A stretch of DNA of 64,000 bases, taken from positions 1 through 64,000 of IMG/VR virus record IMGVR_UViG_3300037067_016725. The stretch is one strand, 5' to 3'. This document shows positions 17,289-25,652 of this stretch, in pieces. This DNA comes from a virus. Lineage: Duplodnaviria; Caudoviricetes. Numbering within the stretch: position 1 is the first letter of the stretch; every line of letters begins with the position of its first letter. The translations under genes and the position numbers were made by a program. The notes beneath the pieces were generated by a model, which did not search any database, was not told the origin of the DNA, and saw nothing but the letters and a program-made list of their open reading frames with translations.

Positions 17289-20197
17289 GCAACGAGAAGC
17301 AGGCAGGTTTATTCTGGGGTCCCGGTATAGCCAAGCACAGAAGGATACCTACTTTGGATTTGTCCAGGGTAGAGAAGCTAATTAAAAACCCCCAGGGTAT
17401 GCAGCAACACCTGGCTGTCATGCTTAATGACTTGAATGCCATCCGAGAAAATGGCAGTGACTTCCCCGATATTAGAAAGTACGTGTCAGAATTTGAGCAA
17501 AAATTCAGGCAATCCATAAAGGTCCTTAATGATCGTGGCCTATGGCCCCACTACAACTCTGAGCTATTCCAGAAGTACGTGAGGGATGAGCTAGGGATGA
17601 AAGAAAGGACCGCCTCAGAGAAAGATGTTCCTGAGACCCTGCTTCACAACCTGAATAAGTTTGTAGAAGTGTTTCCAAAGATTGCCCTTCAGGCATACAA
17701 AAATCTGTCTGAGTTCAAGGACCCCAACTATGTGAACGAACTGAAGAAGATTCTTTATGATCTGTTCCTTGGAGAAGGTGGACTGGAAGAGAGGGCAGAA
17801 GCCCTTCGTGCAATGTTGGAAGCCAACGCCCCAGAAGATAAGGGCAAGGAAGAGGAAGAGAATAAGAAAGGGATTTCCATGAAGGGGATGGAAGACCGCA
17901 TCCGATGGTTTCATGAGGATGGGTCGGAAGCTATGGCTAAGGCCCTACGTGTGTTGATCGCACGAAAGACACCTAGCAATGATAAGGGAAAAATCCCTGC
18001 ATACATGCAGGCGGTGAAGGACATAGAGCGGAACACCATTATTAAGGAATGGGGAGGTCGTGTGGTGAAGGCTCTGAAGGATCATGGCTTTCACGTAGAT
18101 GGGTCTTTTGATCCAAAGAAATTCGAAGAAGCTGATCGTAAATTCCAGGACTTTATCCGTATGGCCTCAGAGGAGGACTTGGGTACAGGTACCCATTTCT
18201 TCAAGGACATGCAGGGAGCTTACCAGTCATATAAGAAAGCTCTTGAAGTTTACAAGGACGACCCTGCTATGACTAAGAAGGTAGTAGATTCATACTACCT
18301 GATAGTGCTAGAGGGAAAGAGGAATGCCTACTCTGCCTTGAAGGACTATCACAGCCAGGTAAAGGAAATGGATGTGGATTCCTTAACCTCTACGGGTGCT
18401 CCTGCAGAAGAGAAGCAAGAAGAAACTCCTGCCGAGAAAAGTAAGGAAGAACCCACGCAAGAGGAAAAACCTAAGGAAGAAGGACCTTCCTCGGTTGAAG
18501 ACACTACGGAGAAAAAGGAAGCACCTTCTTCAGAAGAGAGTAATTCCCCTAAGGAGGAAAAGCAAGAGACTTCTTCCCCAGCAAAGGACACTCCTCAGGA
18601 GACAGAGGAAGACCCCGGAACTATCCTTAAGGCTTTATATAGAAATGGGGACGGGGACATACTCAAGGCACTCCTGGATACCGCTGCAGACCATAACCTG
18701 CTGTGGAACTTCGATACCAATTTTGAAAACAAAAAGATATATCAGGATAGACTTGAAGACATCTCCAAAGGTGTCCAAGGTAAAGTAATTATCCCTGAAG
18801 AATTCCGTAAGAATACCGGTCTGCTTAACTATTTCTTCCGTAGTGAGCTATCGCCCACTGGTAAGGTTCTAAATCTGCTGCGAGAAGAGATTAGAAAGCC
18901 CTCAGCAAATATTGGGAGAATCCAATCTGAGATCCTGAGACTGTCTAAGGATTCCCCCACGACATTGGAAGGGGTTTCAAAGGCGTATAACGAAGAGGAA
19001 GCCAAGAAGTCAGAGCCTAAAAAGGTAGAGACAAAGAAGGTAGAGCCCTCTGCAGGTAAAAAGAAAAAGAAAGAAGTGGTGGAAGAGCTGAAGGGTATCT
19101 CCAAGGATCTTCCTACACCCGACACAGCTATTCCTCAAGATCAAGAGAAAAAGGTAGAGGAAGCAAAATCTTTGGCAGAGGACGGAGGAGAATCCCAGAA
19201 AAAGGATATCTCCCTTTCAGAGGGTATAGTTCAAAATGTATCCGATAGCCTAGAGACAGCACTGGACTCTTTGGAAAAAGAAGATGCTGAGGACGTCATA
19301 AGTTACCTGGATAAAGTTCTGCTTCAGGTTAACAAGTCCTTGAAAAGCAAGGTAGAAGACCCTGAGAGGAAGAAGGCTATCTCTTCTCGCTTAGAAGCCC
19401 TGGTAGGGAAGTCTTCAAAGCTCATAACCTCTGAGGTACTGTCTTCAGATGAAAAGAAAGATAAACTTGTAGAGATTCTCAACAAGTTCTTGAAGGATTT
19501 TGAGAGCATAAGCGATGGACTCCAGGAACAGGAAAAGAAGATTCTGGAGGAGATTAGAGCTCTTAACCATTTCCCCTCTCATGACATTCTCAATAAGGAT
19601 GTAACCAACCTCATCCAAAGTGTTCAGACACTTGTGCCTGAGGAAGAACCGGCAGATACCTCCCCTGTAGAGACGGTAGAAAATGTCACCTCAGAGGCAG
19701 AGGGAACCCCTGCAGCACCTGCTGAAGCTACCACAAGTAAGTGGGAAGAGCCGGGGGTTCAGTTCAGTAAAATAGTTAGAGGTTTCGGGGACTTTGTCGC
19801 TAAGAACGATTACGATGTTCCTTCCTTTATGTTGGATTTTGCTGAAAAGATTCCTCATAAAAAGTCTGTGGTACGGGCATTAGGGGAAGACTCTAGTCAA
19901 GCAGAAAGATTAAGAAAATCTTTTGATAGCTTGGATAAAGAAGTAAGTGCAGGCGGGTCTGTGGAAGAGGTAGGGGCAAAACTATCCATGGTCCTTCAGG
20001 AACTTCACGAGCTCATAGATGACGGTGACATAGAGGAAATGTTTAATAGTCTAAAGAGTGAAGAAGCTGTTGCTAAGACTGCCTTAAATAAAAATAAGGT
20101 ATTCACTAAGTTGGCTTCGGAGAAAGGTAAAGACAAGGTAGTTACAGCAGCAATGCTCGGGTTCTTTAACAAAAAGCAAGGAAGGAAAGAGATATGA
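17285..20197 (+). CDS. Large acidic putative internal head/ejected protein
   Basis: 970 aa, E/K-rich low-complexity linkers. KQAG, RTAS, RMAS, KTAL and KLAS sites. Confidence 0.5.
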   Translation: MSNEKQAGLFWGPGIAKHRRIPTLDLSRVEKLIKNPQGMQQHLAVMLNDLNAIRENGSDFPDIRKYVSEFEQKFRQSIKVLNDRGLWPHYNSELFQKYVRDELGMKERTASEKDVPETLLHNLNKFVEVFPKIALQAYKNLSEFKDPNYVNELKKILYDLFLGEGGLEERAEALRAMLEANAPEDKGKEEEENKKGISMKGMEDRIRWFHEDGSEAMAKALRVLIARKTPSNDKGKIPAYMQAVKDIERNTIIKEWGGRVVKALKDHGFHVDGSFDPKKFEEADRKFQDFIRMASEEDLGTGTHFFKDMQGAYQSYKKALEVYKDDPAMTKKVVDSYYLIVLEGKRNAYSALKDYHSQVKEMDVDSLTSTGAPAEEKQEETPAEKSKEEPTQEEKPKEEGPSSVEDTTEKKEAPSSEESNSPKEEKQETSSPAKDTPQETEEDPGTILKALYRNGDGDILKALLDTAADHNLLWNFDTNFENKKIYQDRLEDISKGVQGKVIIPEEFRKNTGLLNYFFRSELSPTGKVLNLLREEIRKPSANIGRIQSEILRLSKDSPTTLEGVSKAYNEEEAKKSEPKKVETKKVEPSAGKKKKKEVVEELKGISKDLPTPDTAIPQDQEKKVEEAKSLAEDGGESQKKDISLSEGIVQNVSDSLETALDSLEKEDAEDVISYLDKVLLQVNKSLKSKVEDPERKKAISSRLEALVGKSSKLITSEVLSSDEKKDKLVEILNKFLKDFESISDGLQEQEKKILEEIRALNHFPSHDILNKDVTNLIQSVQTLVPEEEPADTSPVETVENVTSEAEGTPAAPAEATTSKWEEPGVQFSKIVRGFGDFVAKNDYDVPSFMLDFAEKIPHKKSVVRALGEDSSQAERLRKSFDSLDKEVSAGGSVEEVGAKLSMVLQELHELIDDGDIEEMFNSLKSEEAVAKTALNKNKVFTKLASEKGKDKVVTAAMLGFFNKKQGRKEI

Positions 20198-20856
20198 GTA
20201 CATTCGATAAAATGTTTGGTGGGAACAGGCAGGTGAAGACAGCCTCTATTCCTTCGGCAATGATTCCAGTATCCACGGGTACTGGAAAAGAAATGCTGAT
20301 CAGCTTACTGCAGGAGGACCTAAAGCTAGAGTATACCGCGGCTTTGCAGTATCTCCAGCATTATGCCGTTATGCAGGGGGCAGAGTTCGACAACATTCGT
20401 AAGCACATCAAGGAGCATGCCGACCAGGAAATGGAGCATGCAGTAACAGTCGCTGACCGTATTGTGAAACTGGGTGCAGAGCCAGTAATATCCTTGGATG
20501 AGATAAAGGTCTCTCCTGAATCAGCTACCATGCTGGAACAGGACCTGTCTGGGGAGCAGACTGCCATCCAACGCTATAAGCAAAGAATTGTCCAAGCTAT
20601 GTCCCTAGGGGAGTTTGGAGCTGCTGATGAGCTCATGGATATCCTCGTGGATGAAGAAGAGCATGAACAGGACATTCTGACTTCCCTGGGTGGACGTAGT
20701 CAGGAAAGCACCTCTATTGCTGTTTCTGTGGCCGTAGAGCCTGCTCAAGGGTCTGGCTACGTTTCTGACGATGCAAAGGTCAAGGAATTGGAGAAAAGCC
20801 GTGAGGAACGCCGAGTACAGGTGTTCCAGAAACTGGCTTCTTTGAAAAAAGCATAA
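20194..20856 (+). CDS. bfr: Bacterioferritin with N- and C-terminal extensions
   Basis: Ferroxidase pattern LEYTAALQY...QEMEHA...RIVKLG...DLSGEQ...EEEHE. The heme-ligand Met in EMxH is retained. Confidence 0.88.
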   Translation: MSTFDKMFGGNRQVKTASIPSAMIPVSTGTGKEMLISLLQEDLKLEYTAALQYLQHYAVMQGAEFDNIRKHIKEHADQEMEHAVTVADRIVKLGAEPVISLDEIKVSPESATMLEQDLSGEQTAIQRYKQRIVQAMSLGEFGAADELMDILVDEEEHEQDILTSLGGRSQESTSIAVSVAVEPAQGSGYVSDDAKVKELEKSREERRVQVFQKLASLKKA

Positions 20857-20865
20857 TCTCCTAAT
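20854..20865 (+). promoter_or_regulatory. Late promoter motif TAATCTCCTAAT
   Basis: Exact copy overlapping the bfr stop codon. Confidence 0.7.
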
Positions 20866-20949
20866 TGAAATTCTGGCAAAGATAAAGGGAAGGGGCTATC
20901 AAAGGCCCCTTCCTGCATAAGACATAGAAAAAACACACAGGAGAAAACT

Positions 20950-22338
20950 ATGCAGGAATATGTCGTTAAGGAAAAGTTCACACTCTCCCTGCTGAACAAT
21001 TCCGCCCATTCTATGGGTGTTGATGCAAATGTAGGGGACCATCTTTTTTATGATGGCTACAACGTGCAGTTTGGTGGTATCAAAGATGCCTCCCTCTCCC
21101 TCAAAAGTGCTATCCGCGCTGGGTGGCTAGTCCCGGTAGCCGAGGCCTCTGAGGTTACACAGGCTCCCTCCTCCCAGAAGTACGTGGAATCCCAGGAAGT
21201 GGTGAAGGCTGCTTCGGTTCCTTCCTCCTCGGGTAATAATGGGCAGTTGGTGTATTCTGAGGCTTCCTCCTCTACTAGGGGTAGGAATGTTGAGGATAAC
21301 GAGGGAAACATTGAAAGGAGGACCTCCTATAACGATGCAGGTTCTCGACAGAACCAGGTGGTCAAACCTGAGAGTGGCCGAGTAAAGCTGGCTGTTCTGG
21401 AGAATGAAGATTCTCAGATTGTAGGGACTATTCGCACGGACAGGGGAGACGCCCAGCTTATGAAGCAAGGTGCCCAGGGTGTGGATGTGTCCAAAGCTGT
21501 CCGCGGTATTCCTTCTCGAGGTCGTCCGGTAATTGAAGACGCCAATGAGATGAACGAACTGGAAGTCCCTCTGAAAAGGGCGCTTCCTTCCAACTCAGGC
21601 AAGATAGAGGTCACCTCCTCTACCCCTAGGTCTGAAGAGGCCATAGAAAAGTCAGTGTACAAGAAGGCAGGGATTGAATCCTCCGCCATTGACACCTTTG
21701 ATGACATGACAGTTTCTTCCTTGGGTAGCAACTATGTGGAAGCTACCTTGCCAGGTGCTGCCAACAAGTCCGTTTCCTCTAACATAGAAGAGGGAGAAGC
21801 ACATGCTCGTGCTCAAAAAGAAGACTGGGAAAGGCAAAGAACTGAAGCAGTAGCTCGCAGGAAAGCAATGCGTAATGGAGTTGCTACCCCGGATGCCACG
21901 GTGGCGGAAGTACCTCCTGCACCGCCAGCCCCACCGGCTCCTCCTGCCCCTCCCGCACCTCCTGCTCCTCCCGCGGAACCAAAGGTTAATGGGTTTACCT
22001 ATTCCCAGATGAAGGGTGCTGGGTGGACAGATGCTCAACTTCTAGCAAGCGAGTATGCTCCTCTGGTTCCTGCCCCTGTTACCACCCCCGCCCAGGTTCC
22101 CGTAGCTCCTGCAGCTCCTGCAGCTCCCGTAGCTCCTGCAGCATCTGAAGTAGGGTTCTGTGGAGAAGAAGCAGAGAAAGCAGTCTTTCCTTCAGTGTGG
22201 GGTACCCTCAAGCTTGATGAAAAGGTCAAGCTGGTAGAGACCATGTCAGACAAGGTCCAGCTGGAAGGGATCAGGACAAGCAAGCTGTCCCACTGGAAGG
22301 TTCGCAATGCCGCCAAGGATAGGCTGACGAAGATCTAA
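20950..22338 (+). CDS. Hypothetical low-complexity protein with (PPA)7 linker
   Basis: 462 aa, AGGAG RBS, small C-terminal helical domains. Confidence 0.6.
   Translation: MQEYVVKEKFTLSLLNNSAHSMGVDANVGDHLFYDGYNVQFGGIKDASLSLKSAIRAGWLVPVAEASEVTQAPSSQKYVESQEVVKAASVPSSSGNNGQLVYSEASSSTRGRNVEDNEGNIERRTSYNDAGSRQNQVVKPESGRVKLAVLENEDSQIVGTIRTDRGDAQLMKQGAQGVDVSKAVRGIPSRGRPVIEDANEMNELEVPLKRALPSNSGKIEVTSSTPRSEEAIEKSVYKKAGIESSAIDTFDDMTVSSLGSNYVEATLPGAANKSVSSNIEEGEAHARAQKEDWERQRTEAVARRKAMRNGVATPDATVAEVPPAPPAPPAPPAPPAPPAPPAEPKVNGFTYSQMKGAGWTDAQLLASEYAPLVPAPVTTPAQVPVAPAAPAAPVAPAASEVGFCGEEAEKAVFPSVWGTLKLDEKVKLVETMSDKVQLEGIRTSKLSHWKVRNAAKDRLTKI
21913..21975 (+). repeat. (Pro-Pro-Ala)x7 coding repeat
   Basis: Read directly from the translation; codons vary synonymously. 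Confidence 0.85.
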
Positions 22339-22354
22339 CCTATTTAGGTAAAAT

Positions 22355-22388
22355 AAAGGCCGGGGTTCCTAAGGGATTCCGGCCTTTT
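22355..22388 (+). terminator. Intrinsic terminator
   Basis: AAAGGCCGGGGTTCC-TAA-GGGATTCCGGCCTTTT. Confidence 0.75.
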
Positions 22389-22390
22389 GC

Positions 22391-22402
22391 TAATCTTTCA
22401 AT
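22391..22402 (+). promoter_or_regulatory. Late promoter motif variant TAATCTTTCAAT
   Basis: One mismatch, directly after the terminator and before 22418. Confidence 0.6.
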
Positions 22403-22417
22403 AATCAAAACTAAGAT

Positions 22418-23713
22418 ATGGATCGCAGAAAGCTAATAGACAGAGTGGCAGCCCAGTACCTTGGTAAAGGGGTAGAGGACCTAGACGTACCCTGGATGGA
22501 GTACGTTCAAAAGAAAACAGAATCTCCAGAGGGTCTAGGGGACTCTACCCGTATGACGGAAGACATGCTTAAACTGTCTCCTGGTAAAGGTAGGGAGGAC
22601 AACAGTCGTGCGGATAACCAGCTCCGACCCGACAACTTTGAGAATTCTCAAGATGTGATGAGCCTAAAGGAATATGGTGGTGATACCACTTTCTATCACG
22701 ACGATGTGATGGAAGGGGAAGGTGGTATCTTTCCAGTTGAGTACACCCGTCCAGACAAACAGGAGCAGCCGGATTCATCACTCCGTATGTACTGGATTAA
22801 TAAGCACAGACAGGACGAGGCCACAGGAAACCCATGGGGATCTAATCTTTATGGTGAGGGGGCAAATGTATCTGCCTTGGAAGCATCAGATAAGGGTATT
22901 TTCAAGAAAGCTTTTAAGACCATACATCAAGTTATGGACAGCTCCTTACATCCTAGGTCTGAGAAGGTTAAAGCGGACGGGATGTCTCTGGATCCTAGAA
23001 ATATATCAGATGAAGATGAGAAGAGACAGGGCATTTTTACATTCTCTGTCCCTGGAAAGGATGGCGAGCATACTGTAAAACTTCAGATGCTGAAAGCTGA
23101 GGGCAAGGAGAACTTGCTGGAACATCCTTGTCTGATTGCCTGTGATTGCAAGGATTTTTTATGGGGAGGACCCCAGTACTATGCTGTACAGGGAAAGTAC
23201 ATGTATACCCCTATGTTGCGTCCACAAGTTATCGAGCCCAGGGATTCCAACCAGGGGGGAAGGGGCAAAGGGTTAACTATATGTAAGCATGTTGCGGCTG
23301 TGGCTTCTCATCTATCTGATTTACATATTGACGAAGATTATACAGAAGATCTAAAGAGTCAGTTGCTGGAGTTAAGACCCTCAGAGGATATTAAAGAACT
23401 TGAGAAAGATATCCCAATGGACTCCAAGACTAAGTTTATTAGATTCCTGGAACTAGACAAACTGAATGCCCCTGTTCTGGAGAAGGCTAGAAAGTCTTTG
23501 AAGGAACAAGGGATTAGCGAACATCAGATGTATGACTACGTTCAGGGTCCGTTCGCTCAAGAAAGCGTAGGAGTGCAGAAAAGAATTATTGACATGCTAG
23601 GTAATAAACCTGACACAATAATCTTCCTGCTCTTAGAGTTCAAGAAAGCCTTTGGAGATATCCCTGGGTATCTTTCTGAAGCAGCATATAAAACACTAGA
23701 AAAAATACTATAG
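22418..23713 (+). CDS. SWIM zinc-finger-containing protein
   Basis: CDCKDF...TICKHVAAV motif. N-terminal LIDRVAAQYL helix. Confidence 0.7.
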   Translation: MDRRKLIDRVAAQYLGKGVEDLDVPWMEYVQKKTESPEGLGDSTRMTEDMLKLSPGKGREDNSRADNQLRPDNFENSQDVMSLKEYGGDTTFYHDDVMEGEGGIFPVEYTRPDKQEQPDSSLRMYWINKHRQDEATGNPWGSNLYGEGANVSALEASDKGIFKKAFKTIHQVMDSSLHPRSEKVKADGMSLDPRNISDEDEKRQGIFTFSVPGKDGEHTVKLQMLKAEGKENLLEHPCLIACDCKDFLWGGPQYYAVQGKYMYTPMLRPQVIEPRDSNQGGRGKGLTICKHVAAVASHLSDLHIDEDYTEDLKSQLLELRPSEDIKELEKDIPMDSKTKFIRFLELDKLNAPVLEKARKSLKEQGISEHQMYDYVQGPFAQESVGVQKRIIDMLGNKPDTIIFLLLEFKKAFGDIPGYLSEAAYKTLEKIL

Positions 23714-23723
23714 GAGATAAAAC

Positions 23724-24161
23724 ATGCCGGTATACACATATAAGTGCGATTGTGGGAAATCCCAGGATATCATGCGAAAAGTCAGTGATACCTCGGAAGT
23801 TATTTGTTCTGAATGCTCAAGTACCATGCACCGATATGCCACGGGAGGGTCGGGTTCCTTTGTAAGGGGAACTACCGTAGGTAAGTACTACAAAGAGGAT
23901 CGACTCCGTAAGAAGAAAAATGCCGAGCTTGATGTAAAACAATTCGAGAGGTATGGCGGTCAGAATAAGCTTGTACCTAACGTAAACGGGGAAGAGGTGG
24001 GGACGTGGAAAGAGGCGTCCCAGATAGCTGCTAATGCGGGTGTCCGAAAGCTGGATAAGTTTGGGAAATATATTGACGAGGAAAAGAATTCTCAAAACTC
24101 AGAGAGGATAAATGAGAGAAGGCTTAAAGCCCTCAGGGAAAAAGCCAAAAACATAGTGTAG
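23724..24161 (+). CDS. FmdB-type zinc-ribbon protein
   Basis: MPVYTYKCDCG...CSECS. Confidence 0.7.
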   Translation: MPVYTYKCDCGKSQDIMRKVSDTSEVICSECSSTMHRYATGGSGSFVRGTTVGKYYKEDRLRKKKNAELDVKQFERYGGQNKLVPNVNGEEVGTWKEASQIAANAGVRKLDKFGKYIDEEKNSQNSERINERRLKALREKAKNIV

Positions 24162-24169
24162 GAGCTACC

Positions 24170-24781
24170 ATGGGATTACCTAACATACAGCTATACTCTT
24201 CTAGCAGCCTCATAAATGCGGTGTGGGAGGTAACTCCTGGATACTCCTCCTATGCCTTGTACAGCTCTCCTACAGGGCTGACGGGGACATTTACCTTGGT
24301 TAGGGAGAATATCCCTAACATACCTTCATTAGGGAAGAAACTTGTAAGCTTTTCCTTTGCTAGGTCTTCAATAGGTTATCTGGAATCAAACACCTTCTAT
24401 CTTATGCTACAAGGGGTAACAACTACCTCTATCGTAGAATCTGGTGACGTGAGGATTGTTCCTTCTTGTGTTGGACAAAAGGTGGATGCGGGGGCCATGA
24501 ACAGCCCCATTACTGCCTCAGAGAACAAATCCCTTAAAGTAGGGTCAGAAGCCGTTCAGTTGGAGTTGACCCATGACGTTAAGTTCTTAGAAGTGTTTAA
24601 TAACACTGATGAGGAAGTTTTATATGTGGAGGTATCTGGAATAGATGCCACCACTACAAGAAGTATGCCCGTGTACCCTAAGGTGTACTACACAGTGTTT
24701 AGAAATATCTCGAAGGACACAGGTATCTCTCTGATATCCTCGGCAGGTACCATAGACGCAAGAATAGTGGTGCATTACTGA
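24170..24781 (+). CDS. Putative structural beta-sandwich protein
   Basis: S/T/V-rich, FN3-like WEVT...YALYSS pattern. Confidence 0.45.
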   Translation: MGLPNIQLYSSSSLINAVWEVTPGYSSYALYSSPTGLTGTFTLVRENIPNIPSLGKKLVSFSFARSSIGYLESNTFYLMLQGVTTTSIVESGDVRIVPSCVGQKVDAGAMNSPITASENKSLKVGSEAVQLELTHDVKFLEVFNNTDEEVLYVEVSGIDATTTRSMPVYPKVYYTVFRNISKDTGISLISSAGTIDARIVVHY

Positions 24782-24782
24782 T

Positions 24783-25562
24783 ATGTACCTAACCTTTTTA
24801 CAGAAGCCTACAGTTGCCTCTGGGTCTATTGTTACCACAGCAGCTAGATCCTTTGTTCAGTTAGTAGACCTCAGCAGTATGTCTGGAGATACCTTTGAAG
24901 TATCCCACATGCTAGGAAGTACCTCCGTTATTGTTAATATGTACTCTCCTGAAGGGGAATGGTTTGTCCCAAGCTCTATAACCGCCCTGGATAGTCAGAC
25001 AGTTCTTATTGACCTGTCCTACTTTGAAAACAAGCAAGGTACCTGGACAGTAGTGGTAGGGGCCAAGACAAAATCCTTCGGTTTAGGCATGACGGGGTTC
25101 AGCACTGGCTTTACTCAGGCTGCCTTATCCAACCAGGAAATAATTATTACTCATGCCCTAGGTAGTAGTTCTGTTCTGGTGGGAGTGTATGACTCCTCTA
25201 ACTATCTGTACGACCCCAAGTCCATTGTGGTTGTTGACGAAAATAGTATCAAGCTATCCTTTTCCTATGGTGACACACTTTTGGGTACATGGAAAGTTGT
25301 GGTCATAGCAAGTACCCAGGCTAAGGGAAATGTAAAAGGATTTTCTACACCATTTACCAAAGACATGCTTGTGTTGGAAAAGCTCTTGGTTACACATGGT
25401 TTAGGGTCTAGCTCTGTGATAGCTCAGGTGTATGATGGAGAGGCGGAGCAGTTTATCCCTTCCAGTGTAAGAACTTTAGATGGGTTGACACTAGAATTAG
25501 GGCTGCAGGATATTCCTGATTCTTTCGACAATATGACAGTAAGTATCCTAGCAGTCGTGTGA
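24783..25562 (+). CDS. Fibre-associated protein with three H-x-LG-S-x-S-V repeats
   Basis: SHMLGSTSVIV, THALGSSSVLV, THGLGSSSVIA. Confidence 0.55.
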   Translation: MYLTFLQKPTVASGSIVTTAARSFVQLVDLSSMSGDTFEVSHMLGSTSVIVNMYSPEGEWFVPSSITALDSQTVLIDLSYFENKQGTWTVVVGAKTKSFGLGMTGFSTGFTQAALSNQEIIITHALGSSSVLVGVYDSSNYLYDPKSIVVVDENSIKLSFSYGDTLLGTWKVVVIASTQAKGNVKGFSTPFTKDMLVLEKLLVTHGLGSSSVIAQVYDGEAEQFIPSSVRTLDGLTLELGLQDIPDSFDNMTVSILAVV

Positions 25563-25567
25563 CCTGC

Positions 25568-25579
25568 TAATCTCCTAAT
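25568..25579 (+). promoter_or_regulatory. Late promoter motif TAATCTCCTAAT
   Basis: Exact copy upstream of the collagen-like gene. Confidence 0.7.
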
Positions 25580-25652
25580 TGACAGGGAAGCCCTGAGTTG
25601 GGTTGCCCCTTCAGGCAACCTTGAAAAAGTTGCATTGATGGGACACCTGTAG

